Shown: positions 28,783 to 37,828 of the stretch, piece by piece | How positions within the stretch are numbered: the stretch's first letter is position 1 | Layout: each line of letters starts with the position of its first letter | From: Candidatus Woesearchaeota archaeon | Lineage (GTDB): Archaea > Nanobdellota > Nanobdellia > Woesearchaeales > GW2011-AR9 | Direction of reading: 5' to 3' | NCBI GenBank assembly: GCA_018655525.1 | Contig: JABIJM010000030.1 | Span: 28,083 to 92,082, forward strand | DNA length: 64,000 nt | The notes under the pieces: model-generated | Databases searched by the model: none | What the model saw: the letters and a program-made list of their open reading frames with translations, nothing else | What the model was told of the DNA's origin: nothing | Position numbers and translations under genes: made by a program

Positions 28783-30570
28783 ATGGCAATCAGAAAGGTA
28801 TTGGTAACAGTTGTTGGACATGTAGATCACGGTAAGACTTCTTTATTAGATAATATTAGAAGAACTGCGGTTACAAATAGTGAAGCTGGTGCAATCACAC
28901 AAGCAATTGGAGTATCTATTATTCCGATTGAAACGATTAAAAAAATATGTGGACCACTTCTTAACTCAATGAAAGAAAATTTGACTGTACCTGGCTTATT
29001 AACTATTGACACACCTGGACACGCTGCATTTACTTCCCTAAGAAAGAGAGGAGGATCTCTTGCAGATATTGCAATTCTTGTGGTAGATATTAATGAAGGA
29101 TTCAAACCACAAACAATTGAATCTATTGAAATTCTCAAAGCAAATAAAGTTCCGTTCATTGTTGCTGTAAATAAAATTGATTTATCACATGGGTGGCACT
29201 ATGATAAAAGTAAAAACATTCTTGCAAACATTTCTTCGTTAGGAAACCTAGAACAAGAAGCATTTGAAAAGAAAATGTACGAAGTTGTTGGTCAATTTCA
29301 TGAACACGGATTACAAGCAGAACGATTTGATAGAGTGGAAGATTATACAAAACAAGTAGCACTCGTTCCTATTTCTGCAAAAACGGGTCAAGGAATTCCT
29401 GAACTTTTAATGGTACTTACAGGATTAGCTCAAAAATATTTTGAAAAGAAACTAGAAATTGAAGAAACAGGAAATGCGAAAGGAACTATTCTTGAAGTAA
29501 AAGAAGAAAAAGGGTTAGGAGTAACATTAGATACAATTCTCTACAATGGATCATTAAAAGTTAATGATACCCTTGTAATTGGAAATCTTGGAGAACCTAT
29601 TGTAACAAAAGTACGCGCATTATTAGAACCTGCAGAATTGGCTGAAATGAGAGAAAAGAAAAGTCAATTCAAGAATGTGAAAGAAGTTACAGCTGCAACA
29701 GGTGTAAAAATTGCAGCACCTAATTTAGATGGCGCAATCTCTGGTATGCCAATTAGAAGTTGTTCAGGCGATAAAGAAGAAATTAAAAAATTAATTGAAG
29801 AAGTAAAAGAAGAAGTCGGTGAAGTTCTATCAGAAACAAATGAAGATCAAGGTGTAATGATTAAAGCTGATACAATTGGTGGATTAGAAGCATTACGAAA
29901 CTTATTATCAGAAAAAGAGGTTCCGATTGCATCTGCATCACTTGGAAATGTAACTAAAAAAGATCTTTCAAGATTAGAATCTTTAAAAGATAAAGATGAA
30001 TTCACAGGAGTGTTACTTGGATTTAATATTAATATTCCTTCAGATATTACGGAAATAATCAAATTAAAAGGATTAAAGGTAATTACACATCCGGTAATCT
30101 ATAAAACAATTGAAGATTATGAGGAATACGTTGAAAACTTAAAGAAAACAATTCAAATGAAAGAACTAAGTAAAGTTGTGAGGCCTTGTAAATTTGCAGT
30201 GTTAAAAGGATATACGTTTCGTCAATCAAATCCTGCAATTGTTGGAGTAGAGATTGAAATTGGAAAAATCAAAACAGGCGATGGAATCATGAACCTTTCT
30301 GGAACACGTGTTGGTACAGTTAAAAGTTTAAAGGAAGGTCAAGAAAATGTATCTTTAGCTGAACAAGGAAAACAACTTGCAATGGCAATGGAAGGAGTTA
30401 CAGTTGGAAGACAAGTTGATGAGGGAGATTTTCTTTATGCAGACATCCCTGAAGAAGACTTTGTAAAATTAAAAGAAATGAAGAAACATCTTTCAAAGAT
30501 GGAAATTGAAGTTCTTAAACAAATTGCAGAAATAAAACGAAGAGATAACCCAGTTTGGGGTGTTGGTTAA
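28783..30570 (+). CDS. infB: Translation initiation factor aIF5B (IF-2 homolog)
   Basis: G-domain VVGHVDHGKTSLLD, DTPGHAAF, NKID. 595 aa with the archaeal aIF5B domain order and no bacterial N-terminal extension. Confidence 0.9.
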   Translation: MAIRKVLVTVVGHVDHGKTSLLDNIRRTAVTNSEAGAITQAIGVSIIPIETIKKICGPLLNSMKENLTVPGLLTIDTPGHAAFTSLRKRGGSLADIAILVVDINEGFKPQTIESIEILKANKVPFIVAVNKIDLSHGWHYDKSKNILANISSLGNLEQEAFEKKMYEVVGQFHEHGLQAERFDRVEDYTKQVALVPISAKTGQGIPELLMVLTGLAQKYFEKKLEIEETGNAKGTILEVKEEKGLGVTLDTILYNGSLKVNDTLVIGNLGEPIVTKVRALLEPAELAEMREKKSQFKNVKEVTAATGVKIAAPNLDGAISGMPIRSCSGDKEEIKKLIEEVKEEVGEVLSETNEDQGVMIKADTIGGLEALRNLLSEKEVPIASASLGNVTKKDLSRLESLKDKDEFTGVLLGFNINIPSDITEIIKLKGLKVITHPVIYKTIEDYEEYVENLKKTIQMKELSKVVRPCKFAVLKGYTFRQSNPAIVGVEIEIGKIKTGDGIMNLSGTRVGTVKSLKEGQENVSLAEQGKQLAMAMEGVTVGRQVDEGDFLYADIPEEDFVKLKEMKKHLSKMEIEVLKQIAEIKRRDNPVWGVG

Positions 30571-30959
30571 TCATTTTTAAGAGCAATATAATCTAAATGA
30601 GAATATGCATCTTTTCCTTCTCGTATTACATGAACACTATATTCTCTTTCATCTGGTTCATGTATCTGAATAATATTAACCCATCCATTAAAAAAAATAT
30701 AATTAATTGGTGAATTATCCTTATTAGTAATACTAAAATTTAAGGGATGGTTGCTTTTAGAAGTAATAACATATTTGAAAAGAGTTCTTTTATTCTGATC
30801 CCAATCAGGATTTCGTGCAACTCTTAAAGAATTATGTTTAGCTCCGTTATCAAGGAAAATTCCGCATCTTTCAAGATGATTAAGAAGATCCGTTAATTCA
30901 CCCTCTTTTTGTACCATACATTTATTAAAAATAAAAGAAATCATTAAAAAACTTTGCAT
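30567..30959 (-). CDS. Hypothetical protein
   Basis: 130-aa ORF. No family recognised. Confidence 0.3.
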   Translation of the reverse strand: MQSFLMISFIFNKCMVQKEGELTDLLNHLERCGIFLDNGAKHNSLRVARNPDWDQNKRTLFKYVITSKSNHPLNFSITNKDNSPINYIFFNGWVNIIQIHEPDEREYSVHVIREGKDAYSHLDYIALKND

Positions 30960-30976
30960 AGAATGAAATACAAAAA

Positions 30977-31447
30977 ATGATGAAAAGGTTAAATTTTCTC
31001 AACACAAGAGAAGTCAAAAAAATACGAGAACAAGTAATCGTAGATTTTGGATTCTTTCCAAAAGGCGATTATGCATTTCTTAAAAGCGATAAAGATCGTT
31101 TGTTTATTGTAAATAAAGATGTTGCAAAGCTTGAACTCAAAAACTTACGCATTGATAGAATGGGATTATATTTAGGCGAAGTAAAGCCTAACCAAATCCG
31201 TTTAAGTAAAGAAGGAGCCCAATTAATTGTAAGGTTAGGAGGGAATAAAGTAACAAATATTGTAGAAATTAATGAAGAAGAAGTAAAAGAATATTTTCAA
31301 GGAAACGATTTAATTAAAGATTTAGGAGAGAAAAACCGATTAATTATTCTTAAACATAAAAAAGAGATCTTAGGATGTGCATCATATAAAGAAGGAAAAA
31401 TATTAAATTTTCTACCTAAAATACATAGAGGCACAGTTATTGTCTAG
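30977..31447 (+). CDS. NIP7-like PUA-domain protein (ribosome biogenesis), tentative
   Basis: The pattern KDRLFIVNKDVAKL...NRLIILKHKKEILGCASYKEGKIL resembles archaeal NIP7/UPF0113 in its N- and C-lobes. Confidence 0.4.
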   Translation: MMKRLNFLNTREVKKIREQVIVDFGFFPKGDYAFLKSDKDRLFIVNKDVAKLELKNLRIDRMGLYLGEVKPNQIRLSKEGAQLIVRLGGNKVTNIVEINEEEVKEYFQGNDLIKDLGEKNRLIILKHKKEILGCASYKEGKILNFLPKIHRGTVIV

Positions 31448-31727
31448 TAACTTCCTTATAAATACGATCAAGTAATCCAGAATTAAGACGACTAATTTCA
31501 GATGAAGAAGTAATACCAGTACTTTGATTATTATATAAAGAAGTTAAAGCACCTAAAAGATCCGATTTCTTCACATGATCCCCATCACATAATGAATGAT
31601 GAGGTTTAGTACCATCACGAGCCCACATTAATCCATTAGTGGTCCTTGAAATTTGAAATCCGCTATTTACTTTTCCTCGAGGACCATAAATGTTCACAGT
31701 TCCATCATATAAATCTCTTGTTGTCAT
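31437..31727 (-). CDS. Hypothetical small protein
   Basis: 96-aa ORF. No family recognised. Confidence 0.3.
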   Translation of the reverse strand: MTTRDLYDGTVNIYGPRGKVNSGFQISRTTNGLMWARDGTKPHHSLCDGDHVKKSDLLGALTSLYNNQSTGITSSSEISRLNSGLLDRIYKEVTRQ

Positions 31728-31883
31728 GATTCTCCAAAAACATATGTTTTATATAAATCTTATCTCTTTTCGCCTTTGTTACTGGAGAGTAGCACAAACA
31801 ACGAAACATTTATATAGAATCCAACATAATTATTGTAAAATGACGTTCCTACATGGAAGTCAATCACTTAGGGGAAAATAAAA

Positions 31884-33524
31884 ATGAATATTAAAAAAAC
31901 TGTAGCAATAACATTGTTAGTATTGTTTGTACTGAGTATTGTAGGACAAAGCGTATTAGCAGAACCATTTAATCCTAATTTTAATTACGGAGATTATGAA
32001 TTTGAGTTTAAACAAGATTTTTACGATAATGAAATGTTTAATCCAATTGATGCACCTTTCAATAAACTTCCAGCTGAATTTAATACAGCACCAAAATTCA
32101 GTGTAGGTCAAAAATACTTTAATGCGAAAGAAGGAGAAATCTTTACATTCAATATGATTGCAGATGATAAAGAAACAAGTAACTTAAAATTTAGCTTTAA
32201 AGAAAATTTAGACAAAGCATACATTTCCTCAAATGGAAAAGCAGCAAAATTCACATGGACTATTCCTTATACCGCAGTAGAAGGAGATTCAAAATTTCAA
32301 GAAATAAACTTTGTAGTAAGTGATGGACAATCTTTAGATAATATGAAGATTGTTGTAAATATTGAAAATGTGAACAAATTACCTTATATTCAAACATTAA
32401 ATACCTTAACATTTACAGAAAATGAAGTAAATACACATTACATTTATGCATATGATTTAGATGTAATTGATACTGCAAAATTAACTGTAGATGAATCAAC
32501 ATTACCTCAAGGAGCTAAATTTTTACCGAACTCACAAAGTTCAGGAAACATCTTTTGGCAACCAACCTTTGAACAAGGTAACAAAGATTACAAAGTAATA
32601 TTTACAGCAGATGATGGTAAAGGAAAAACCAACAGAGTTGTAACATTCAAAGTTGTTGATAAAAACCAAGCACCAGTAATCACAATTGCAGATCAAACTG
32701 TTACCGCTGGAGCAACATTAGAATTAGATTTAAAGAGCAAAACTTCAGATGCTGATAATGATGCATTAACTATAACTGTTGAAGGAACATTAAAAAACTA
32801 TTTTGATGCAACTTCAGGAAAATTCACATGGAAACCTTCAGTCTTAAACTTAGGTGAACACACATTAACAATTGTTGTTACCGATGGAACAGACGTTGTG
32901 AAGAAAGATGTGAAAATCACAGTTAAAACTTCAGCGGCAAATGGAAATAATAACAACCCAATTCCAGGCGTACCAAAAACAGCTGCTCAGCTAGCATTAG
33001 ATGCAGATTATACAGATTTAAATGTAGATTTCAAAGATTTAGAAAATGACTTTGATGAATACGAAGAAGATTACAATAAAGCAAAGAAAGTAAATAACCT
33101 TAACAATGTTGACAAATATGCTAGTAAACTAGAAAAAGTTGACGACAAGTTAAAGGATCTTCGTAATGAAGTTAAAGATTTCATTGACAAAGCTGAAAAA
33201 ACTGCAGGTAGCAACAAGAATGTTATTGATAACGCTGAAGAATTAAAAAATGATATTGAAGAATTACGTGATGATATTGACGTTGTTTTAGGAAAGAAAA
33301 CCGCAACAACCGTATCTGGAAGCATCTTCAAATCTGGAAGCGTTTCATCTCAAGATTCCAATAAACCTGTTGAAGTAAATATGTTACAGTTCCCTTTAAC
33401 CGGCGGAGCAGTTGCAGACACAACTTCAACTGGCACAGGATTCGGAGAATTAGCATTCTTAATTGGAGGAATTGTAATCTTGTTTACGATTATAATGTTC
33501 CTTTTAGTTGTGTTACTGAAATAA
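31884..33524 (+). CDS. Cell-surface protein: signal peptide, Ig-like repeats, coiled-coil stalk, C-terminal TM anchor
   Basis: Signal MNIKKTVAITLLVLFVLSIVGQSVLA. Repeated beta-sandwich units. DLENDFDEYEEDYNKAKK coiled coil. C-terminal LAFLIGGIVILFTIIMFLLVVLLK. Confidence 0.5.
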   Translation: MNIKKTVAITLLVLFVLSIVGQSVLAEPFNPNFNYGDYEFEFKQDFYDNEMFNPIDAPFNKLPAEFNTAPKFSVGQKYFNAKEGEIFTFNMIADDKETSNLKFSFKENLDKAYISSNGKAAKFTWTIPYTAVEGDSKFQEINFVVSDGQSLDNMKIVVNIENVNKLPYIQTLNTLTFTENEVNTHYIYAYDLDVIDTAKLTVDESTLPQGAKFLPNSQSSGNIFWQPTFEQGNKDYKVIFTADDGKGKTNRVVTFKVVDKNQAPVITIADQTVTAGATLELDLKSKTSDADNDALTITVEGTLKNYFDATSGKFTWKPSVLNLGEHTLTIVVTDGTDVVKKDVKITVKTSAANGNNNNPIPGVPKTAAQLALDADYTDLNVDFKDLENDFDEYEEDYNKAKKVNNLNNVDKYASKLEKVDDKLKDLRNEVKDFIDKAEKTAGSNKNVIDNAEELKNDIEELRDDIDVVLGKKTATTVSGSIFKSGSVSSQDSNKPVEVNMLQFPLTGGAVADTTSTGTGFGELAFLIGGIVILFTIIMFLLVVLLK

Positions 33525-33613
33525 ATTTTTATTTTTTTACTTTTATTTTCTTTATAATTTGTTTATTGATACTTTCTAAAAATTAATTTGAAAAATATAG
33601 AATAAAAAAAGAA

Positions 33614-33919
33614 TTAATTAAGGACGTCTTCAATTGGTTTTTTTCCTTTTAATTTTTTTGTTGTTGATTTCTTTGCTTCTGCTACTAAATCTACACCTAA
33701 ATCTTTCAATTCTTTAATGTGCATTTGCATTAACTGTTCAACAATTTGTAGGATTCGCATAAACTCTTCGCGTTCTTTTGTTAAGGTTGCAAGAGATCCC
33801 TTATGAAAACCAATTCTTTCTGCATTATCTTGTTTTTTTGCCATACCACTCAAATGCTTGGTTTCTTTATTAAGTTTTTGGCTAAACCCCGAAAACTTTA
33901 AAACCCTTAAGATAATCAT
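33614..33919 (-). CDS. Hypothetical small helical protein (likely start at internal M, MAKKQDNAER...)
   Basis: Lys-rich helical ORF. No family recognised. Confidence 0.3.
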   Translation of the reverse strand: MIILRVLKFSGFSQKLNKETKHLSGMAKKQDNAERIGFHKGSLATLTKEREEFMRILQIVEQLMQMHIKELKDLGVDLVAEAKKSTTKKLKGKKPIEDVLN

Positions 33920-33925
33920 CTTCCT

Positions 33926-34345
33926 ATGGGTGCGTTAAATAAACTAATGTTCTGGAAGAAAGATGATGACTTTGATTTTGATAGTGCATTGAATAAAGAA
34001 ATGACTCCAAGTGACATCCCTCCAATGGATAATCTTGGTTTAGATAGCCAGCCAACAGGCTTAGAAGAAAAATCTCCTTTTGATCATCCTGCACAACCAA
34101 CTGCAACAAGACCTTTTCAACAACAAGCAGCAAGCCCTTATGCTGCTCCTCAACAGCCTCAGCAAGCTTTTCCTTCGCCAGGTCAACCTTTACAAAGACC
34201 GGGATTTCAGCAACCTCCACCGCAAAATAATGATCTCATAAGTAGTAAATTAGATACCATTAAAGCACAATTAAGTTCTATTGAACAGCGTCTTGTAAAC
34301 TTAGAAAGAGCTGCGGGCGTACAGCAACAGAAAAAGTTATGGTAA
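33926..34345 (+). CDS. Gln/Pro-rich low-complexity protein with a C-terminal coiled coil
   Basis: PQQPQQAFPSPGQPLQRPGFQQPPPQ then LDTIKAQLSSIEQRLVNLERA. Preferred over the overlapping minus-strand ORF 33924..34220. Confidence 0.35.
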   Translation: MGALNKLMFWKKDDDFDFDSALNKEMTPSDIPPMDNLGLDSQPTGLEEKSPFDHPAQPTATRPFQQQAASPYAAPQQPQQAFPSPGQPLQRPGFQQPPPQNNDLISSKLDTIKAQLSSIEQRLVNLERAAGVQQQKKLW

Positions 34346-34782
34346 ATTATAAAAAATTCTTTTGGAGTATTGTGACTTTAGTTGTAGTTTTAGATCAATT
34401 AACAAAGTATTTGATTTCTACGTTTAAACCAAACCTTGATTTGGTTCTGCTCAAAATCCATTATCTTACAAACACAGGAGCAGGATTCAGTATTCTTACG
34501 GGAAAAACGTGGATTCTAGCGATAATATCATTGATTGTGATTATAGGATTAATCTATTATTACAAAGATATTCCTAAACAAAAGACACCACAATTATTAT
34601 TTGCGTTATTTCTTGGAGGTGCAATTGGAAATTTTATTGATAGGGCACTTAGAAATTATGTCATAGATTTTATTGACTTCGGTTGGTGGCCAGCATTTAA
34701 TATTGCAGATATGGCATTGACAATCTCTGTGGTTGGATTAATTCTATATTACATTATAGAAGAAAAAAGTAACAAAAAATAA
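34339..34782 (+). CDS. lspA: Lipoprotein signal peptidase (signal peptidase II)
   Basis: NTGAGFSIL, LGGAIGNFIDRA, VIDFIDFGWWPAFNIADMALT are the LspA conserved boxes, including the catalytic Asp pair context. Confidence 0.8.
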   Translation: MVNYKKFFWSIVTLVVVLDQLTKYLISTFKPNLDLVLLKIHYLTNTGAGFSILTGKTWILAIISLIVIIGLIYYYKDIPKQKTPQLLFALFLGGAIGNFIDRALRNYVIDFIDFGWWPAFNIADMALTISVVGLILYYIIEEKSNKK

Positions 34783-34786
34783 AAAA

Positions 34787-35347
34787 TCACTCAACACATT
34801 GATGAGCTTTATATCCTGATTCCCATGCATCTTCTTTCTCTGCAAACCATGTTTGACGATCTTTCTTAATCTTCTTTGCCCATTCACATTTCGGTGCATG
34901 ATAAATATTACTTTTGCTACTTGCAACATATTTGCCTGGAGAATGTTTCGTTAATGCTTTCGTTACAACTGGATCAAAGACCATGCTGTGAGGTTCTTCT
35001 TGTTTAGGTGTTAGTTTTTTAGATTCTTTTTTCCGTGGAAAAGATAACAAGAATCCAATTACTGAAAGTAAACCTAATGTTGCATAAAGTGTACCATTAA
35101 ATGTCCAAAGTAATACGAGATTTCCCAAATATGCTAAGAATACAAAGAAAAATAAATTTTCTCCCCATCCATCTTTGTATGCAATAAATCCAAGAAGTAC
35201 TAAAAAACCTAACCCTAAGAATCCAATTAATTCTAACGTAAAGAATAAACCACTTCCATTTACAAATAACTGCACAAATGCTAAAAATAATACTAAAATT
35301 AACACTCCATAAATAAATAATTTAAATGAACTTTTTTCGTTTGCCAT
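34787..35347 (-). CDS. Polytopic membrane protein with a C-terminal Ada-like Zn-binding domain
   Basis: 4-5 TM segments, then YHAPKCEWAKKIKKDRQTWFAEKEDAWESGYKAHQC, the pattern of the Ada metal-binding domain (HxxxC...F...A...G.+.C). Confidence 0.4.
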   Translation of the reverse strand: MANEKSSFKLFIYGVLILVLFLAFVQLFVNGSGLFFTLELIGFLGLGFLVLLGFIAYKDGWGENLFFFVFLAYLGNLVLLWTFNGTLYATLGLLSVIGFLLSFPRKKESKKLTPKQEEPHSMVFDPVVTKALTKHSPGKYVASSKSNIYHAPKCEWAKKIKKDRQTWFAEKEDAWESGYKAHQCVE

Positions 35348-35414
35348 ATAAAAATAAGCGAAAATTGATATTTAAGCATTTATATGCTAAGTTATTTATA
35401 ATTTAATGTAACTA

Positions 35415-35732
35415 TTAGAATTCGTCTTCAAGATTTTTCAAGAAACCCTTACGTTTTAAGAATGCAACTTCTGCTTTACTTCTATATTTATAGACAACAT
35501 CTCCTTTCGCATCGCCACCAAGTTCCCAAGGTTCAATGATTACAATATTTTTCTCACGGACCCATAAAGCTCTCCGTAATCTTCCTGGAATTCTACAAAT
35601 ACGTTCTTTTCCATCAAGACATTGCACACGCATTCTACTTCCACCTAAACGTTGTTGTACAACTCCTAGAATTTCTTTTCCTTTTGGAATCCGTACCCTT
35701 ACTACTTGTGGTTCTTCTGGTTGATGTGCCAT
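35415..35732 (-). CDS. eif1a: Translation initiation factor aIF-1A
   Basis: RVRIPKGKEILGVVQQRLGGSRMRVQCLDGKERICRIPGRLR..WVREKNIVIIEPWEL matches the eIF1A OB-fold. Confidence 0.9.
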   Translation of the reverse strand: MAHQPEEPQVVRVRIPKGKEILGVVQQRLGGSRMRVQCLDGKERICRIPGRLRRALWVREKNIVIIEPWELGGDAKGDVVYKYRSKAEVAFLKRKGFLKNLEDEF

Positions 35733-35789
35733 TTACTATTATATTATAGTAGTTCGTTTATAAAGTTATGGGGAAGAATGGCTACGTTC

Positions 35790-35889
35790 GGAATAGAGTG
35801 TTTTTGTATACTGCCTGCAATAGGTGCATTTTTTCTTTCCAAGAAAAAATAGTCGCACCGGCACGCAGTATACCTATTTCCTCTATTCC
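35790..35889. repeat. 100-nt imperfect palindrome or long hairpin in the divergent intergenic region
   Basis: Arms GGAATAGAG/CTCTATTCC, GTATACTGC/GCAGTATAC, GTGC/GCAC, with an inner TTTTTTCTTTCCAAGAAAAAAT palindrome. Confidence 0.6.
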
Positions 35890-35906
35890 GAATAAAGCCA
35901 GGAAGA

Positions 35907-36893
35907 ATGATTATTTCCATAAGAACAATACTAATCAAACAACAAAAGACATTTAAACAACCCACCTCCCAAGAATGTATGGCAAAGAGGTTAGAGTCCC
36001 CATCATCAATTAATACATTCAAGCAATGTAAGAGAAAATATTATTATCAATATATTGAAAAACTTCCAACTTCTTCCTCCATTCATTTAGTACGAGGAAA
36101 CATTGCCCATTCTGTGTTAGAAGATTTCTATGACATCAACATTGCAGATTTTAACGAAGAGAATTATCAACTTAAATTCAAAGAAGCAATTCAAAAATTA
36201 TTATTGTATCAATGGAATAAATATAAATCAGGATTAGATGAGTTAGAATTATCTCCAGACCAAATTACATTCTATTTTGAAGAAACAATGTTTATGCTTA
36301 TGAATTGGTGTAACCAATTTTTGGAAGAATTTGATAGAATGCGTAAAGAAAAAGATATTTCTATGGGAGAAACATTCATGAAACTTACACCAATCAGAGA
36401 ATTGCAATATAAATCTGAAGAACATCACGTACGTGGATTTATAGATGCAATCCAACACACCGAGAATGAAGTCCACATTATAGATTATAAAACAAATGCG
36501 AAATTTGATTTTAAGCAAAGTATTAAGCTCCAACTTGCAATTTATTCAATGATGTATTATGAAAAACATGGAAAAATGCCAAACAAAGTAGGCATATTCT
36601 TTTTACGTCAAAAGTTAAGAATGATGGATGTTGATATGAATCTAATTGAAATGGCAAAGAAAGAGATTACGGAAGTACATGAACACACATCATCCTGTGA
36701 ACATGCACACGAATATCCAAGAACAATTACACCTTTATGTAAATGGAGAACTGGAGAATGTAATTTCTATGCAGTTTGTAAACCCAAAGAAACAAATGAA
36801 GAACAAGAACGTATGATTTTTGAAGAAAAGAATAGAACCTCAGAAAAAATAGAAATTAAAGAAAATAAAAGCAAATTGAGTGCATTCTTCTAA
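35907..36893 (+). CDS. Cas4/RecB-like PD-(D/E)XK nuclease with a C-terminal Cys cluster (likely start at ATG 35982, MAKRL...)
   Basis: FIDAIQHTENEVHIIDYKTNAK (D...EXK) and C-terminal SCEHAHEY...CKWRTGECNFYAVC. Confidence 0.5.
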   Translation: MIISIRTILIKQQKTFKQPTSQECMAKRLESPSSINTFKQCKRKYYYQYIEKLPTSSSIHLVRGNIAHSVLEDFYDINIADFNEENYQLKFKEAIQKLLLYQWNKYKSGLDELELSPDQITFYFEETMFMLMNWCNQFLEEFDRMRKEKDISMGETFMKLTPIRELQYKSEEHHVRGFIDAIQHTENEVHIIDYKTNAKFDFKQSIKLQLAIYSMMYYEKHGKMPNKVGIFFLRQKLRMMDVDMNLIEMAKKEITEVHEHTSSCEHAHEYPRTITPLCKWRTGECNFYAVCKPKETNEEQERMIFEEKNRTSEKIEIKENKSKLSAFF

Positions 36894-37828
36894 GCAAACG
36901 CCCTTATACTCAACCGAATAATCTCATTGTAAATGTCTACATTATCTAAGACCCATGCTTCTACACCTGCTCCTAAAAGCAAAAATAATAATGCAAATAG
37001 CAAGAGATAAAGATTAAATCCAAAGACTTCAAAGAAACGGTCAGATGCAAATTTTTCTAGCACTACATCTTTAGAGATTACACTTCCTGAAATGGCCGCA
37101 AGGAAATAAGACATTCCTTCAATCATCATGTGAGGAAATACTATTAACATGATTAATCCAAATATCACTAAAGGGTTACCTCCAATTACGGAAGCTGCTC
37201 CTTTGGCTGTAATACCAAAGATCGTGCCCCAGACCGAAGCATTCCATGAGATTAAGAATATTGCACCATCTCCCGTAAGTAGAGCCATGATAAAACATGC
37301 CATCAGCACAAGGAAATTATTTTCCAATAAGCCAAAGAATAATCTCCAACTCCATGTAAATTTATCAGCAAAGAAATTTGATTGTAATTCTCCTTCACCT
37401 ATTTGTAGTTCTCCCGTAGGTAAATCTCCATGGAACCTAATCTCTAATTGTTCCCGAAATAAAGAGTTTGTTTGCATTGCTGGCAAAAACATAGCGCCAA
37501 CACTATATACTAAAATCATACCTAAGAAAAGGAATACATAGATACGTACTAATTCTATATCATCCCTCCAAAGAGCTTTCATGGTAATTTTCTGTTCCAT
37601 ACTTTCTTTACGCTCTTCAATTGAAAAAATCTTATACAATTCTGGTAAAAGGAATAATGATGTAAATGCGACTGCAACTAATGCAGGATCTGAAGGAAAT
37701 AACCAGGCTGCAATCAATACTGCAACAACCGAATACATTGCACCAAGTAAAAATGCGTACCTTCCTTTATGTTCTAACCAATCTTCTGGGAATATGTGTT
37801 CTAATACCATTTTAGAAGCCACCTCCAA
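36890..37828 (-). CDS. SpoIIM/DUF95-like integral membrane protein (paralog 2)
   Basis: Shared N-terminus MVLEHIFPEDWLEHKG and TM layout with 37812..38681. Confidence 0.45.
   Translation of the reverse strand: MEVASKMVLEHIFPEDWLEHKGRYAFLLGAMYSVVAVLIAAWLFPSDPALVAVAFTSLFLLPELYKIFSIEERKESMEQKITMKALWRDDIELVRIYVFLFLGMILVYSVGAMFLPAMQTNSLFREQLEIRFHGDLPTGELQIGEGELQSNFFADKFTWSWRLFFGLLENNFLVLMACFIMALLTGDGAIFLISWNASVWGTIFGITAKGAASVIGGNPLVIFGLIMLIVFPHMMIEGMSYFLAAISGSVISKDVVLEKFASDRFFEVFGFNLYLLLFALLFLLLGAGVEAWVLDNVDIYNEIIRLSIRAFA

Noticed and set aside
33924-34220. Minus-strand 98-aa ORF overlapping the Q/P-rich gene
   Set aside because: It is the mirror of a low-complexity CAG/CCT-rich region. The plus-strand ORF has a start, a coiled-coil C-terminus, and is followed directly by lspA.
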